51,055 bases of DNA, from the IMG/VR virus record IMGVR_UViG_3300000115_000001; one strand, written 5' to 3'. The notes beneath the pieces are model-generated. The model was not told the DNA's origin. It did no database searches and was given only the letters and a program-made list of their open reading frames with translations. This document shows, one piece after another, positions 15,790 to 26,949 of this stretch (position 1 is the first letter of the stretch; every line of letters starts with the position of its first letter). Position numbers and translations under genes: made by a program. Source of the stretch: a virus.

Positions 15790-18375
15790 ATGGCTCTTAA
15801 TCATATTGGCTTCGGCCCACAGCAGAATAAACTAGACAAATCCACTTTCGGCGACGGAAGCGGAATGCAAGCACTTGCTAACGGAATAGGCGATGTGGTC
15901 AAATTTGCCAAGACGGTCAAACGCTTACGCGATGATGAGACCGAGCAGAATCGTGCACGAGACCTCCAGTCTAGTGAGATTCTGGCAGGTGAGGAGATGA
16001 CAATCGCTATTCGCGAAATGCAACCACAGATTGAGGCTGGTGAAATCACAGCCGAAGAAGCACAAACCCAAGCCTTTAATACTGTCCGTAATTCCGACTA
16101 TGTTCGGGATTATGAGGAGAAATATGGCTCAACACCGGAATATCTCAATAGACTGGAGTCTAACTCCCGCCTATGGTCTGATGGTGTGGAGCGAGAACAA
16201 GAAGCCCAAAAAGGATTGAGCCGATTACAGGGTGCATACGGCTCACTTTCTGGAGCCTCTGATACCATTTTGGCAGGAGATTTGGCGGATGGAGACTATT
16301 CCGAGAACTCTGCAAATATCATAACCTCTGCTAATGCACTGAAGGATGCCACGGTCGGACAAGCACAGAGACAATTTGCCCAATCTCAGGTTAATTCTCT
16401 GGGGGTTGCGCTGGCTCAAACAGCCCCAACGACTAAAATTGCAAGAAATATCCTATCCAAAACGACTATTTCTGCAAGTCAGCGTGGGACCATCCTACGC
16501 CAAGTTAAGAACTTTGAGAAGAATAACAATGGTGCCGCAGACCGCGCTACCGCTGTATTCTTTAATGACTATGAGGCTGATTTACTTGCTGGAACTGATG
16601 TCTCTGACCGTATTGCGGAAAAGGAAGCCCTTCTTAGCACTCTGTCCAAGTCTGGCCAAACTACGATGCGTCGTAAACTGGCCAAGGCTGAGATCCTCGG
16701 AAACTCAGGTGAGATGTTGGAACAGTCTCTATTTGATGGAGACACTTCTTTGCTGAAAGACACCTATGATTTAGAGAACGGCACAGCCTGGGAAGGTGAC
16801 GCTGGTCTTTTGTCTGGTGCTGAACGCTTGAGCATTGTTCGTAGTCTCCACGCAAAGCGTATGGAAATGCGTCAGGCTATTACATATAATGGGCCTGGTG
16901 GATTCACCCAAGCCGCTAAGATGGTAGATCGCCACCCACAGATCGTAGCTATCCAGGGTGAGATCAACGCAGCTATTGCCGCTGGCGACGAGCACCCAAC
17001 ACATCTTTATAAGAAGATGAGAGATCAGGCTTGGCAGCTCCACAAGAACGCTGGAGTCCCTGAGAATAAGATCATCCCTGTTGCTTCCTATCAGGTCGAT
17101 GCATATATGTCTGCATTGAGTAACCCCGCTTCCACCGCACAAGAGCGGGTGCAAGCGGCTAATGACTTTGCTGAACAAGCTGGGGAATATACCGTAACGG
17201 CATTGAACAACATTGCTGCCAACCCCAAGTCTGGGATCGATCGTAAGCAATTGGGTTCTGCTGTGCTGGTGAACTTCACTAAACAGCACGGGATTCCCCA
17301 ACCACAGGAATTTATGCAGGGATACTTCAACGCTCAGGTGGGTGGTCAGAACCAAAAGTTCCCATCCCTCCCTGGTCGAGTTAATACTCTGGCCCACAGT
17401 GGCAGCGTGGGGAGAGGTATTCGCGACACAAAAGCGGGCCTCACCATCCAGAATACCTACCACCAAGAGGTGGCAGCCGGATTCGATGAAGGACTCACCA
17501 ACTATATTGCTTGGGAGGCTGTCCAGATTGCTCGTGGCCGCGAACCCACCAATGACCAAATTTCTGAAGCCATTACGAAAGTCGATGAACTTATGGGTAA
17601 CCTTGTTCGTCCTATCGACGTTGGTGATGGATCAGTTGTCAACTTGCCTACTGAGCCTATCAACGACATCTACGGAGACGACATTGAGCTGGCTGATGAA
17701 CACTTCAAGATGTTCTCTGACTTCGTGATTGATCCCGAGAGTCAGGACAGGAACGTGCTCTCTGAGTTCGGTAAGTCAGATAACCCCTTCCGGAATGCTG
17801 CTGGCTTCCCTGTGCGAATCCTCCCCAATTTACTTGGAGAGGCTTTTGTTAATATTCAGGACACAGAGCTGGTTGGTCTCCTGTTCCCAGGAGCTGGTGG
17901 TGTAGACTCTACCTTCGCCAGACAGACTGAGGGGGATGCTTCCTTCGCTCTGGATGACTTCGGTGTATTGTCTGTGGATCAGAAGACTTCCGCAGCTCCT
18001 GACTTCACCAAGATGCTCCCCACTGTAGATTGGGGCAAATTAGATTTCCTAGCTATTGATCCTTCACTCAGCAATGATCCTCTATTCGAGGATGTAAATG
18101 AGTCCAATCGTGCAGATTTGAACCAGCGTTACTTTAAACAGCACGGGGGACACTTAGACTTTAGTGCTGACGGTCAGAATTTGGTCTTGTATATTCGTTC
18201 TACCTCTGATGTAGGTGGAAGACAGATGATCGAGGGATATAATCTCCCCGCTCAGATGATGTATGATACAATGGGAACCTGGCAAGCAACACGCATGAGT
18301 CGTGGACTGCTTGGTTCTGTTGTGAATGACCAAGAACAAACTGAGAAGAATCTTTCTGCTGTTAGAGGAAACTAA
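15790..18375 (+). CDS. Internal virion protein B (gp15-like by size and position)
   Basis: 861 aa, located between the gp14-like and giant gp16-like genes. Confidence 0.5.
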   Translation: MALNHIGFGPQQNKLDKSTFGDGSGMQALANGIGDVVKFAKTVKRLRDDETEQNRARDLQSSEILAGEEMTIAIREMQPQIEAGEITAEEAQTQAFNTVRNSDYVRDYEEKYGSTPEYLNRLESNSRLWSDGVEREQEAQKGLSRLQGAYGSLSGASDTILAGDLADGDYSENSANIITSANALKDATVGQAQRQFAQSQVNSLGVALAQTAPTTKIARNILSKTTISASQRGTILRQVKNFEKNNNGAADRATAVFFNDYEADLLAGTDVSDRIAEKEALLSTLSKSGQTTMRRKLAKAEILGNSGEMLEQSLFDGDTSLLKDTYDLENGTAWEGDAGLLSGAERLSIVRSLHAKRMEMRQAITYNGPGGFTQAAKMVDRHPQIVAIQGEINAAIAAGDEHPTHLYKKMRDQAWQLHKNAGVPENKIIPVASYQVDAYMSALSNPASTAQERVQAANDFAEQAGEYTVTALNNIAANPKSGIDRKQLGSAVLVNFTKQHGIPQPQEFMQGYFNAQVGGQNQKFPSLPGRVNTLAHSGSVGRGIRDTKAGLTIQNTYHQEVAAGFDEGLTNYIAWEAVQIARGREPTNDQISEAITKVDELMGNLVRPIDVGDGSVVNLPTEPINDIYGDDIELADEHFKMFSDFVIDPESQDRNVLSEFGKSDNPFRNAAGFPVRILPNLLGEAFVNIQDTELVGLLFPGAGGVDSTFARQTEGDASFALDDFGVLSVDQKTSAAPDFTKMLPTVDWGKLDFLAIDPSLSNDPLFEDVNESNRADLNQRYFKQHGGHLDFSADGQNLVLYIRSTSDVGGRQMIEGYNLPAQMMYDTMGTWQATRMSRGLLGSVVNDQEQTEKNLSAVRGN

Positions 18376-21300
18376 TGCCTGAGCCATCCAAATCATTACT
18401 GCGACAAATCGCACAAGAGAAGAACCCACACTTCCTTGCAGAGCCTCCCGATCTCGGCGCGGCTAACACTTTCATTAACTCCGGCAAGCTGGCGTTCAAT
18501 CAGTCGTTTGGCTCTGCTTTGCAGCGCAACGGCCAAGTTTGGATGGCTGACCGCATGTCTGAGAGGAATGGACTTCCTCCTATCACTGAGGACCAATTCA
18601 ATGAGAAGTACTCAATGGGAGGTGAACTCCACTGGGAAGAAGGCATGTCCGAAGCTCGGGCTATGCTCCTAGCTGAGTGGAAGAATCAGGAGAAGTGGAC
18701 TGAGACCAAGCTGGCTGGTTCTGCTCGTAATCACTGGGTATCCTCCTTTGCGGGAGGAATCGCTGGTTCCGTAATCCATCCTATAGACATCGCCACGATG
18801 GTTCTCACACCTGGTGTGGGTGTAGTCTCAGGTGTATCCCGAGTTGCTAAGGCCGGAGTTGGTAGTGCACGATCATTTGCTCGACTACGCACTTTTGGCA
18901 ATTACGTGATGCAAGGTGCAAAGGCTGGTGCAATAGACGGAGCGTGGCAATCCCCCGCCATGCTTAAGCTAAACGGCAATATTCAGGCTAACTATTCGAC
19001 AGTAGATGCAGCAGTAGACTTCCTTGCTTCTCCTATCTTTGGAGGCTTCCTTGGTGGCATGAGCTACATGGGCCGTAAGATGGTAGCGGGTGTGGATATG
19101 CAAGAAACTTTCACAGGAGAAGATGGAGCTAAAACTGCTCTGACTGCCCTGTCCCGTCCGGAGGTAGCCCAGAAGCTATCGAAGCTCCATCGCATGAACG
19201 AACTCACCAAGAAGGGGGAAGACTTGACGCCCGAAGACCTGGAAGAGCTGCGTGGTCTATTCCGTGACGAAGAGTGGGGTGCGCAACAAATGCCACAGGT
19301 CACTCGGGTTCTCCGCAAGGTGGATGAAGCCATCAACGCAGGTTCTCTGGCTGATGTGCACGCACGTTCACATACCCCGACTTCCGAGGAAGGTGTCTTC
19401 ATGTCTGATATCATGTCAGACCTGTTCGGTGTAGAGGTTCGCTCTGTTGACATGGGGCCACAAGGTCTAGTTTTTGGTAGAAAAAGCGGGACACTATACA
19501 TCAATGAGAAAGCCAAAGGAGCCGACTTGATTGAAGCTGTTGGGCATGAGTTCTCCCACTCCCTCAGACTGAGAGAGCCGGAACTGTTCCAGCGTGTCAT
19601 GGAGGTTATCTCTGAGAACCCCAAGAATAAGAAAATCTTTGAAGAAGCAACTAAGGATATCCGTGGTCGCTACGGCGACAAATGGGATGGCCTGACTAAT
19701 AACAGAAAGCTGGATGAAGGCTTGGCTCAAACGATGGGTCGGGTGTTCAAGAATCAGGACTTCTGGGATGCTCTAGGGACCCAGCCAGGGACCAAGCAAA
19801 AACTAGTCAGTTTCATCAACTATCTGTTCAATAAAATTAAGAGCTTTTTGGGACGAAAACCTAACGACATTCATCTCAAAAAACTCAGTAAAGACCTGGC
19901 CGAGATCCTTGCCAAAGCTAACCCTTCACTGAAGGAGACTGACTCCCGTTGGTTTACTGACCCAACTGGGTTCGCTGAGCATGTGTTTACACCTATCCGC
20001 AGGGACCAAGTCATCACCACCAAAGTGGCCTCTGAATTAAATAAGAATTTCGACCTTGCTAAGACCAAAGCCGCTGACAGATTAGGTCGCCTTGATGATG
20101 GCAATAATCTCTGGTTTGGAGTCCCTCTGGATTCCTGGATTAGCCATGAAGCATTAAGGATCAAAAATGTCGTTGAAAAGAAACAAACAATTACGAATCC
20201 AGGACAATTCATCCGAAGGGCACAAGGTATCCCAGTCCTTTACAAGAATGGCAAGAAGCTCGAATTCAACTCGAAGACGAGGAATCTCCAAGTGGACAAG
20301 ATCGAGTTCTATGATGTCAACACCGCTAAGCTCTCCCATGTCTATGAGACTGTAAATGATCAGGGAGTTCCCGATCTCCGTGTAGAGTTTGAAAGTAAAG
20401 CAGATCAGGAAAAGATTGGTGACGATTTGTCTGAGATGTCCTTTGAGGAGATCATGGAGAAGGTCATCCCGCTTGAGCAGAAGGCCAAATGGGCCAGAGA
20501 ACTACACGCTAAGAATGCAGAAGCTAGGAACTTGACTAGGAAAGAACTAGGAAAGGAAAAAGCCATCCTGCGTATGCAGTTAAAATCTGCTATGGGCGAC
20601 ATGATTACGTTTCATGTCGATGGAAAGGATATTTTTCGACCTGTTAAGGATCTGGATGAGGGTGAGTTATACGCAGCTTGGGTATCGCTCAGCGAGCAAA
20701 TGCGTGTAGCTGCTGGGATTCCGGCTGAAGCTGCCTTTACTGTGCATCCACCTGACGCTATGCTTGAGGCTATCACCCTGAGCAGCGACCTGATTGACAG
20801 GGCTATCCCTGCTGATCCCAATGTTCCCTCTCGTGTGAGAACTCGACAGCGCATTGAGCAGATGCTTGGAGGTAAGAATCAGGACCGTGTAAACAGGATC
20901 GAAGCCCTCATAGAAGTTCACAAATCGATGCGTGGAGATGTGACAAATTTAGAAGGCGCAGATTTCTTTGGACTGACTCCAAGTGAGTATGGGCAAGCGA
21001 TTCGGAACCTTGACGAGCAATTTTCCACTCCGGAGGGGTTCTTCGAAGTTATGGAATTGCCATCACCCGAAAATTTCAAGGGAGGCTTTGCCAAATTTCA
21101 GGAGAATATCCGCAAGCTTATGGACAAGCTGGACGTTCGCAGGAACAAGCAGATCCTTAGCGATGCTCTTGAGGGTGAAAAGATCCTGTCAGAAAAAGTA
21201 GGTAATGTTTCTGACAAGGGAGCACGGCTCACAGAGCTGGAAACCGACTTCATGTCCCCTGAGTTTAAGCCATACCTGGATGACCTACGGAACCCCAAGC

Positions 21301-23741
21301 CTACGGGTGAGGGTGAAGGAGCTGTCCTGAAGGCACCAACTGAACAGGAGGTCCTTGTTGCTAATGCAATGGTGAACAATGAGAAGTTCTTCGGTGGGTT
21401 GAGTGAGAAGTTCCGAAAAGGAACTATCCAGTCCGAAGCCAGGCTGAATGATCTCCGTATACCCGATAGGCTCAGGGATAAACTCCGCCCTATCATGAGA
21501 GCAGGAGGCGACAAGGCTGACTACCTATCGGCTATCAAGGAGCAAGAAGTCCGAACGAACTTCAACCTACTCAACGATCATGTCATTAAAACAGAGTTGA
21601 TAACTGCATCAAAACAGAGTCGTCATCCTCTGAAATTCTTCTCAACCAAGGTGGATGGCTTGTTCCGTCGTGACATCGAACCCGATATCAACACGGTGCG
21701 ATCTTCAGTTGAACATCAAATTCATGGCCGAGTGACAGAGGATATCGCGGGTTTAATGAATGTCTTAGACGCAGAAGCGGCGTTTGGTGCATATATGGAT
21801 GACACTATCGTTGCCGATATTGTTCGTTACTTGGAGTCTGACCGCACTGCTGATGTCCCTGCCCCCATTAAGAGAATGGGAGAGGTTATCTTCAATACCT
21901 ATAAGAAGCAGGTCAACGAGATGGACGCTGCTGGTGCTGACGTTAAGTGGCTGAAAGGCTTTGCGCTCACCCAGAACTGGGATCTATCCAAGGTTCGGAA
22001 TGTCCCCTTTGCAGAATTTAAGAATATTGTTTTACCTCACCTGGATATGGAACGAGTGAACCAGTTCCATGAAACTGCTTGGGAGAGTCCGGAAGGATAT
22101 CTCAAAGCTGTGTATGACGACATGGCCAGTGGTCGTGCACGCGAACCGCTGGAGAATGTAGATACTGAATTCTTTGGTGGTAACATTGGCAATCAAGTGT
22201 CACACCACCGCTCCTTGTTTCTCAAGGAGGGAGGAACCTTTCCTGTCATGTCCAAGTTTGGGCGTGGTGATTCCGTAGGGCAGATGATCGTCAATCAGAT
22301 CCGCAGAAATGCTGAGAGATCTGTTATCATGGAGAACTTCGGCTCTAACTACAAACAGATGTGGTCCGACCTGATGGACACTGTTCAGCCAAAGAATACG
22401 AAGGATGAAGCTGCAAAGTGGCTCACCAATAAGACCTTTGAGAAGCTGACAGGAGACATGGATATGCCAGTGAACCAGAAGATTGCTGACATTGGCCAGA
22501 ACGTGAGGCGTTATAGCAACCTTGTATTTCTATGGCAAAGCGGAATTGCAGCCTTGAATGACATGGGAGGTATCGTTGCCCGTCTGAAGTATGAGGGATC
22601 TACTGTTAAGTTCCGCTCCTTGCGGGATGCTGACACTTCCTACTGGAAAGCTGTGCAACGAGCCCTTAAGAACCGTGACAACAAAGCTGCACAGATCTGG
22701 CTACGCTCGAATGGAGCAGCTCTAGCCTCAGTAATGAATAACATGTCTAATCGTGTTGCTCTTGGGGAGACCGCCACAGGAAAGCTAAGCAAGTGGAATA
22801 ATTTCTTGTTTAATATCAATGGCCTAAACTTTATTACGGATCTCGGACAGAGCGTATATATGGATTTGGCTACTTTAAATTTAGGCTCTGGAGACATCTC
22901 TCCAGATATGCTGCGTGCCCTGGATCGTCACGGGATTGGTATTAATGAGCTGATGGAAGCCCGTGGTCTCTACGCTAGAGAGACTGAAGGCTACGCCGGA
23001 AACCGCTTGTCTCCTGACATGTTTGAGACCAGCAACCCAGGTCTGGCCCGTAAGCTCCGCAACTTCCTTGAGGATGGTATGCGTCAGGCCGTCATCGAAC
23101 CTGGTGTCCGTGAGCAGACTATCGCTCGGGGCGGCACTCAGGCTGGCACCATACACGGTGAAGCTATCAGAGTTGCTAGCCAATATATTACCTTCCCACT
23201 AGCCATCCAGATGAAGACCATTGGTCGATTCATGAATGCCTACGGTGAGCGTGAGTTCGCTGGCATGATGGCTTCTGGTAAATCTCGCGCTGTTTACCAT
23301 GCTCTATCCTTTGCCGCTGCGGGGATTGTCATGGGTTACACCTCTACTGTCATCAAGGACATTTTAAAAGGTAGAGAGCCAATTCACTTTGGAAATCTAA
23401 ATTCAAAGAACATGACACGGATCATCGATCAGTCAGGTGTTACTGGAATTATTGGACCATTATTTGACGGGCAGGTATCCCCTATGGCCAGAGAAGCTGG
23501 GGATTTAGTTGCTGAACTCGGGGATGGCGACATCTCCGCCTATAAGCTGCTTACCACGGGCCAAGGATTGCTCCCTGGTGCTACGATTCCTCTTGTGGGA
23601 TCTGGTCAAGATAGCATGAGATCTATTTTAGCCTTGATGATTGGAGACGGACTAGGTATGCAATATGAAACCAACTTTCAAAGTCGTCTATCCTATATTG
23701 AACGAGAGTTCGGTCAGGACAGCGTTTTTGATGAAAACTAA
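18375..23741 (+). CDS. Giant internal virion/ejection protein (gp16-like), 1,788 aa, with an embedded HExxH module
   Basis: Size and position fit, with TAATG coupling. HEFSH at 19545..19559. C-terminal hydrophobic segments are present. Confidence 0.6.
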   Translation: MPEPSKSLLRQIAQEKNPHFLAEPPDLGAANTFINSGKLAFNQSFGSALQRNGQVWMADRMSERNGLPPITEDQFNEKYSMGGELHWEEGMSEARAMLLAEWKNQEKWTETKLAGSARNHWVSSFAGGIAGSVIHPIDIATMVLTPGVGVVSGVSRVAKAGVGSARSFARLRTFGNYVMQGAKAGAIDGAWQSPAMLKLNGNIQANYSTVDAAVDFLASPIFGGFLGGMSYMGRKMVAGVDMQETFTGEDGAKTALTALSRPEVAQKLSKLHRMNELTKKGEDLTPEDLEELRGLFRDEEWGAQQMPQVTRVLRKVDEAINAGSLADVHARSHTPTSEEGVFMSDIMSDLFGVEVRSVDMGPQGLVFGRKSGTLYINEKAKGADLIEAVGHEFSHSLRLREPELFQRVMEVISENPKNKKIFEEATKDIRGRYGDKWDGLTNNRKLDEGLAQTMGRVFKNQDFWDALGTQPGTKQKLVSFINYLFNKIKSFLGRKPNDIHLKKLSKDLAEILAKANPSLKETDSRWFTDPTGFAEHVFTPIRRDQVITTKVASELNKNFDLAKTKAADRLGRLDDGNNLWFGVPLDSWISHEALRIKNVVEKKQTITNPGQFIRRAQGIPVLYKNGKKLEFNSKTRNLQVDKIEFYDVNTAKLSHVYETVNDQGVPDLRVEFESKADQEKIGDDLSEMSFEEIMEKVIPLEQKAKWARELHAKNAEARNLTRKELGKEKAILRMQLKSAMGDMITFHVDGKDIFRPVKDLDEGELYAAWVSLSEQMRVAAGIPAEAAFTVHPPDAMLEAITLSSDLIDRAIPADPNVPSRVRTRQRIEQMLGGKNQDRVNRIEALIEVHKSMRGDVTNLEGADFFGLTPSEYGQAIRNLDEQFSTPEGFFEVMELPSPENFKGGFAKFQENIRKLMDKLDVRRNKQILSDALEGEKILSEKVGNVSDKGARLTELETDFMSPEFKPYLDDLRNPKPTGEGEGAVLKAPTEQEVLVANAMVNNEKFFGGLSEKFRKGTIQSEARLNDLRIPDRLRDKLRPIMRAGGDKADYLSAIKEQEVRTNFNLLNDHVIKTELITASKQSRHPLKFFSTKVDGLFRRDIEPDINTVRSSVEHQIHGRVTEDIAGLMNVLDAEAAFGAYMDDTIVADIVRYLESDRTADVPAPIKRMGEVIFNTYKKQVNEMDAAGADVKWLKGFALTQNWDLSKVRNVPFAEFKNIVLPHLDMERVNQFHETAWESPEGYLKAVYDDMASGRAREPLENVDTEFFGGNIGNQVSHHRSLFLKEGGTFPVMSKFGRGDSVGQMIVNQIRRNAERSVIMENFGSNYKQMWSDLMDTVQPKNTKDEAAKWLTNKTFEKLTGDMDMPVNQKIADIGQNVRRYSNLVFLWQSGIAALNDMGGIVARLKYEGSTVKFRSLRDADTSYWKAVQRALKNRDNKAAQIWLRSNGAALASVMNNMSNRVALGETATGKLSKWNNFLFNINGLNFITDLGQSVYMDLATLNLGSGDISPDMLRALDRHGIGINELMEARGLYARETEGYAGNRLSPDMFETSNPGLARKLRNFLEDGMRQAVIEPGVREQTIARGGTQAGTIHGEAIRVASQYITFPLAIQMKTIGRFMNAYGEREFAGMMASGKSRAVYHALSFAAAGIVMGYTSTVIKDILKGREPIHFGNLNSKNMTRIIDQSGVTGIIGPLFDGQVSPMAREAGDLVAELGDGDISAYKLLTTGQGLLPGATIPLVGSGQDSMRSILALMIGDGLGMQYETNFQSRLSYIEREFGQDSVFDEN

Positions 23742-23749
23742 GATCAACC

Positions 23750-24667
23750 ATGATTACTGCTTCAGACAATATTATCGCCGATGTATCTAAGGGTTCCGTC
23801 CCACAGGTCATCCCCATCGATGTTTTCGCGGATGTAGACGATATTGTTGTCTATGAGATCAACGAAACCACTGGTGCGGGACTCCCCCTAACCCTAACCA
23901 CACACTTTACACTTTCTACCTTAGATGAGTGGGAGGAAGCAGGAGCCAACCTGACTATTAAGTCTGGTGGTGGTCTTGGTGGAGACGGCTGGGTGGTCGC
24001 TAGTCCCACTAGATACGTGGTGTTGAACAGCGCAGCTCGGGAACAGACGGACTCGGTAGATAACTCAGATAACTGGGATGGTCCAACCATTGAACGTAAC
24101 TGGGACAGACTCCAGATGCAGATCAAGTATCTGGATGAAATGATCCGGACCTGTATTCGCACTGCTCCCTATGATGGTCATGCTGACAATCAACTTGGCA
24201 GTCTGGTTGACGCCAAGGATACACTTTTAGGCTTTAATGCCACTTCTGGCCGTCCCGAATATATCTCCAAGTCGGGCTTTGTTGTTGGCATTCAACAAGG
24301 ACTGCAAGCGTCTAAGACCGTGGCGATTGGGGGGTCAGAGGACTTTGCGAGTGTTCAGCTCACTGCTGCTGAGGAATCTGTAATGGTAGAAATCATTGCT
24401 ACTACGGAACTGGGAGCCTCTGTCCGACATATCTATATGGTAACCCGTGAGGCTGGAGCCTCTGCGGTCACTGCTACCAAGATCCGAGACACAGTAGTCA
24501 ACGATATCGAGGCCACTGAACTGGTTGATATCGGCACTACTATAGCTACAACTACCGTCACTTTCGATATTGACGGAACTGCATTCGCCCAGGAGACTGA
24601 TGTAGATGTTGTTCTTATTCTCACTAAACTCAAAGCAATCAGCAACCACACCTTGGTCGCTATTTAA
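23750..24667 (+). CDS. Tail fibre/adaptor protein with a T7 gp17 N-terminal-like domain
   Basis: 305 aa located after the internal virion genes. The N-terminal pattern (IPIDVFADVDDIVVYE...YVVLNSAAREQTD...DRLQMQIKYLDE) resembles the gp17 tail-attachment domain. Confidence 0.55.
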   Translation: MITASDNIIADVSKGSVPQVIPIDVFADVDDIVVYEINETTGAGLPLTLTTHFTLSTLDEWEEAGANLTIKSGGGLGGDGWVVASPTRYVVLNSAAREQTDSVDNSDNWDGPTIERNWDRLQMQIKYLDEMIRTCIRTAPYDGHADNQLGSLVDAKDTLLGFNATSGRPEYISKSGFVVGIQQGLQASKTVAIGGSEDFASVQLTAAEESVMVEIIATTELGASVRHIYMVTREAGASAVTATKIRDTVVNDIEATELVDIGTTIATTTVTFDIDGTAFAQETDVDVVLILTKLKAISNHTLVAI

Positions 24668-24674
24668 TATAACC

Positions 24675-26906
24675 ATGAAACCTGCAATTACCTCACTTCT
24701 TATTTCACTCCTTGCCGCTTGCGGCACGCTGGCTGTTACTGACGAGTTCGATGACCTCAGCGTTAATAATATTACAGTAAACGGTGTTATTTCAGGCGTA
24801 ACAGAACTTGAGTTTGATACTGTAGCTCAAATGAAAGCTTTTGACTTCTCGCAGACGGCAGACGGCAGACGGATTAAGTGTAATGGCTATCACGTAGCTA
24901 GTGACGGGTTGTTTGGTCCTGATTTATTCTGGGACGCTGATTCTACCGCAACAGACGATGGGCTGACCGTATTTGATCCTACTGTAGCAGGAGCAGGTCG
25001 TCTTGTCCGTTCCTTTTCTTCAGTTATAGACGTAGCATGGGCAGGCGCACTGGGAGACTATCAGACCAATGCAACCGGAGATATTACTTCCTCAGACAAT
25101 ACTTTAACTGTAGACGCTACGACATTTACTGCGTTAGACGTAGGGAAGTATATCGAAGTAGCCGGAGCTGGGACAGCAGGAGCAATTCTTGTTACTACAA
25201 TTGCTTCTTTCACTTCAGGAACAGAAGTTGAACTAACAGACGCAGCTTCTACCACTGTCGTCGATAATGACATTGCATGGGGAACAGCCAACGAGACCTA
25301 CATACAAGCTTCCCTAGATACGGGCAGAAGTATTTCAATGGGCGTAGGACGCTTCCTGGTAGGGTCTACCCTTATCTTGGACTTTGAGGGTCAATACGTG
25401 TTTGGCCAAGGCGGCAATGCCACTAGTGTAAACAACACCGTTACGGAGTTAATAGGAAGTCACGCTACAGGCTCTGTTATTCGCCACAAGAAACGAACCA
25501 CCGGAGTCAAGGGGATGTATATTGACTCTACTATAGTTCGCAAAGCAGCCCAACCAGCTAACGAAGACGGCCACGGTATTCTTTGGGAGCAGAATGATGG
25601 TGCCACTAGTTCCATTAGCCGAGGAGAGCTAACGGATATTTACATTATCAATCAGCCGACAGATGGTTTTCATTGTGCAGGTGGAGCAGAACTCAGTGTT
25701 CTTGACCGCGTAACAGTTCAGGACTGTGCAAGACATGGGTTTTTCTACGATGACGGAACAGCCCAAGCCAGATCTGATAAAACCCTAGCTGGATTTGTTG
25801 TCAGGGTAAACCGAAGCAGGGCAATCGAGAACGGAGGACAGGGTTTTGTAGCAGTTAATACTACGCAGAATTTTGTCTTAGATCAATTTGAAGTTCTTGG
25901 AAACACCTGGGACGAACATAAAGGCTATGGCACTAAGACCGCTAGGACGGGGACGATTTCCTCGACAGGAACTGCGGTAACAGGGTCAGGAACCGTATTC
26001 ACCAGTGAGGTAGCAGCAGGGCAGTTTCTGTTTGTTGGCAACTATAATTACGCCGAGATAGCTTCAGTCACCGACAATACTAACCTTGTTTTGGTTTCTG
26101 CATTCTCAGAAGGGGATGTTAGTTCTGCCGCTTTCACTCGAAAGGCTCCTTCTGTTTATCAGATTGTTACTACGGTCCAAAACCTTGTTATGATTAATCC
26201 TGACGTAGAAGACCAGCAGTATGGGAACGCTACTACCAGTGCAGGTAGCACCAGAACAGCTTTAGCCGCACCGAACAAGGGGATCTATATAGGTTCTGCA
26301 AACTTTACTATTATTAATCCATTCTTTTCGTCTTTAATTGAGTCAGTTAGAGTAGCTTCTACCTCTGATGCTGGAACAATTGACTATCCAAGGATTTTTG
26401 CTGGAACTTATGGGGTAGCGCAAGCGGCAGCTATTATCATTGAGAGCGGAGCATCTGGGATTGAGGTAAGGTCATCGACTCAGGCAGGAGCTACTAAGAT
26501 TGTCCAGAACCAAGACAAGGCCAATACTTATTGGGTTGATGGGGTTCAATATTACGGAGACATTTACTCAACCTACGATGTTGCAGACCCATTTGAAGCA
26601 ACCACCTCTATTGAGGTAGGAAGCGGAGTGCTAGACGCACCCCACACAAAAGTCCTCCTTCAAGGAGAGGGAGATGCTGCGGACACTTTAGCTCAAATCA
26701 GATACGCTAATGGAGGCAGTGACGGCCTTAAGGGGGCTAGGATGGTATTGGTCTACGATGGCTCAGGTTACAATATTACGATACGGGACGACACAGGAGG
26801 ATCAGAAAACATTAAGACCGATACCGGAGCTGATAAAACGATGAACGCAACAACCAATACGGTATTGGAATTTGTATTTGATGGAACCGACTGGATTGAA
26901 CTATGA
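24675..26906 (+). CDS. Beta-helix (pectate-lyase-superfamily-like) tailspike/depolymerase candidate with a lipoprotein signal peptide, 743 aa
   Basis: MKPAITSLLISLLAAC carries the lipobox LAAC. IDVAWAGALGD resembles the N-terminal GAxGDG motif of beta-helix depolymerases. Gly/Thr/Asn-rich repetitive body. Confidence 0.5.
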   Translation: MKPAITSLLISLLAACGTLAVTDEFDDLSVNNITVNGVISGVTELEFDTVAQMKAFDFSQTADGRRIKCNGYHVASDGLFGPDLFWDADSTATDDGLTVFDPTVAGAGRLVRSFSSVIDVAWAGALGDYQTNATGDITSSDNTLTVDATTFTALDVGKYIEVAGAGTAGAILVTTIASFTSGTEVELTDAASTTVVDNDIAWGTANETYIQASLDTGRSISMGVGRFLVGSTLILDFEGQYVFGQGGNATSVNNTVTELIGSHATGSVIRHKKRTTGVKGMYIDSTIVRKAAQPANEDGHGILWEQNDGATSSISRGELTDIYIINQPTDGFHCAGGAELSVLDRVTVQDCARHGFFYDDGTAQARSDKTLAGFVVRVNRSRAIENGGQGFVAVNTTQNFVLDQFEVLGNTWDEHKGYGTKTARTGTISSTGTAVTGSGTVFTSEVAAGQFLFVGNYNYAEIASVTDNTNLVLVSAFSEGDVSSAAFTRKAPSVYQIVTTVQNLVMINPDVEDQQYGNATTSAGSTRTALAAPNKGIYIGSANFTIINPFFSSLIESVRVASTSDAGTIDYPRIFAGTYGVAQAAAIIIESGASGIEVRSSTQAGATKIVQNQDKANTYWVDGVQYYGDIYSTYDVADPFEATTSIEVGSGVLDAPHTKVLLQGEGDAADTLAQIRYANGGSDGLKGARMVLVYDGSGYNITIRDDTGGSENIKTDTGADKTMNATTNTVLEFVFDGTDWIEL

Positions 26907-26949
26907 GAAGATTATTACTTTTACTGCTTTTCAACTCTAACAACTAATC

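Noticed and set aside
16771-17559. 262-aa antisense ORF inside the gp15-like gene. Similar antisense or alternative-frame ORFs lie at 7538..8056, 9101..9616, 12092..12565, 12797..13303, 13430..13846, 19064..19624 and 21098..21514.
   Set aside because: These are shadow ORFs opposite long, well-supported structural genes. Their composition is biased (Ser/Arg/Leu/Cys-rich) and they show no coupling to neighbours.
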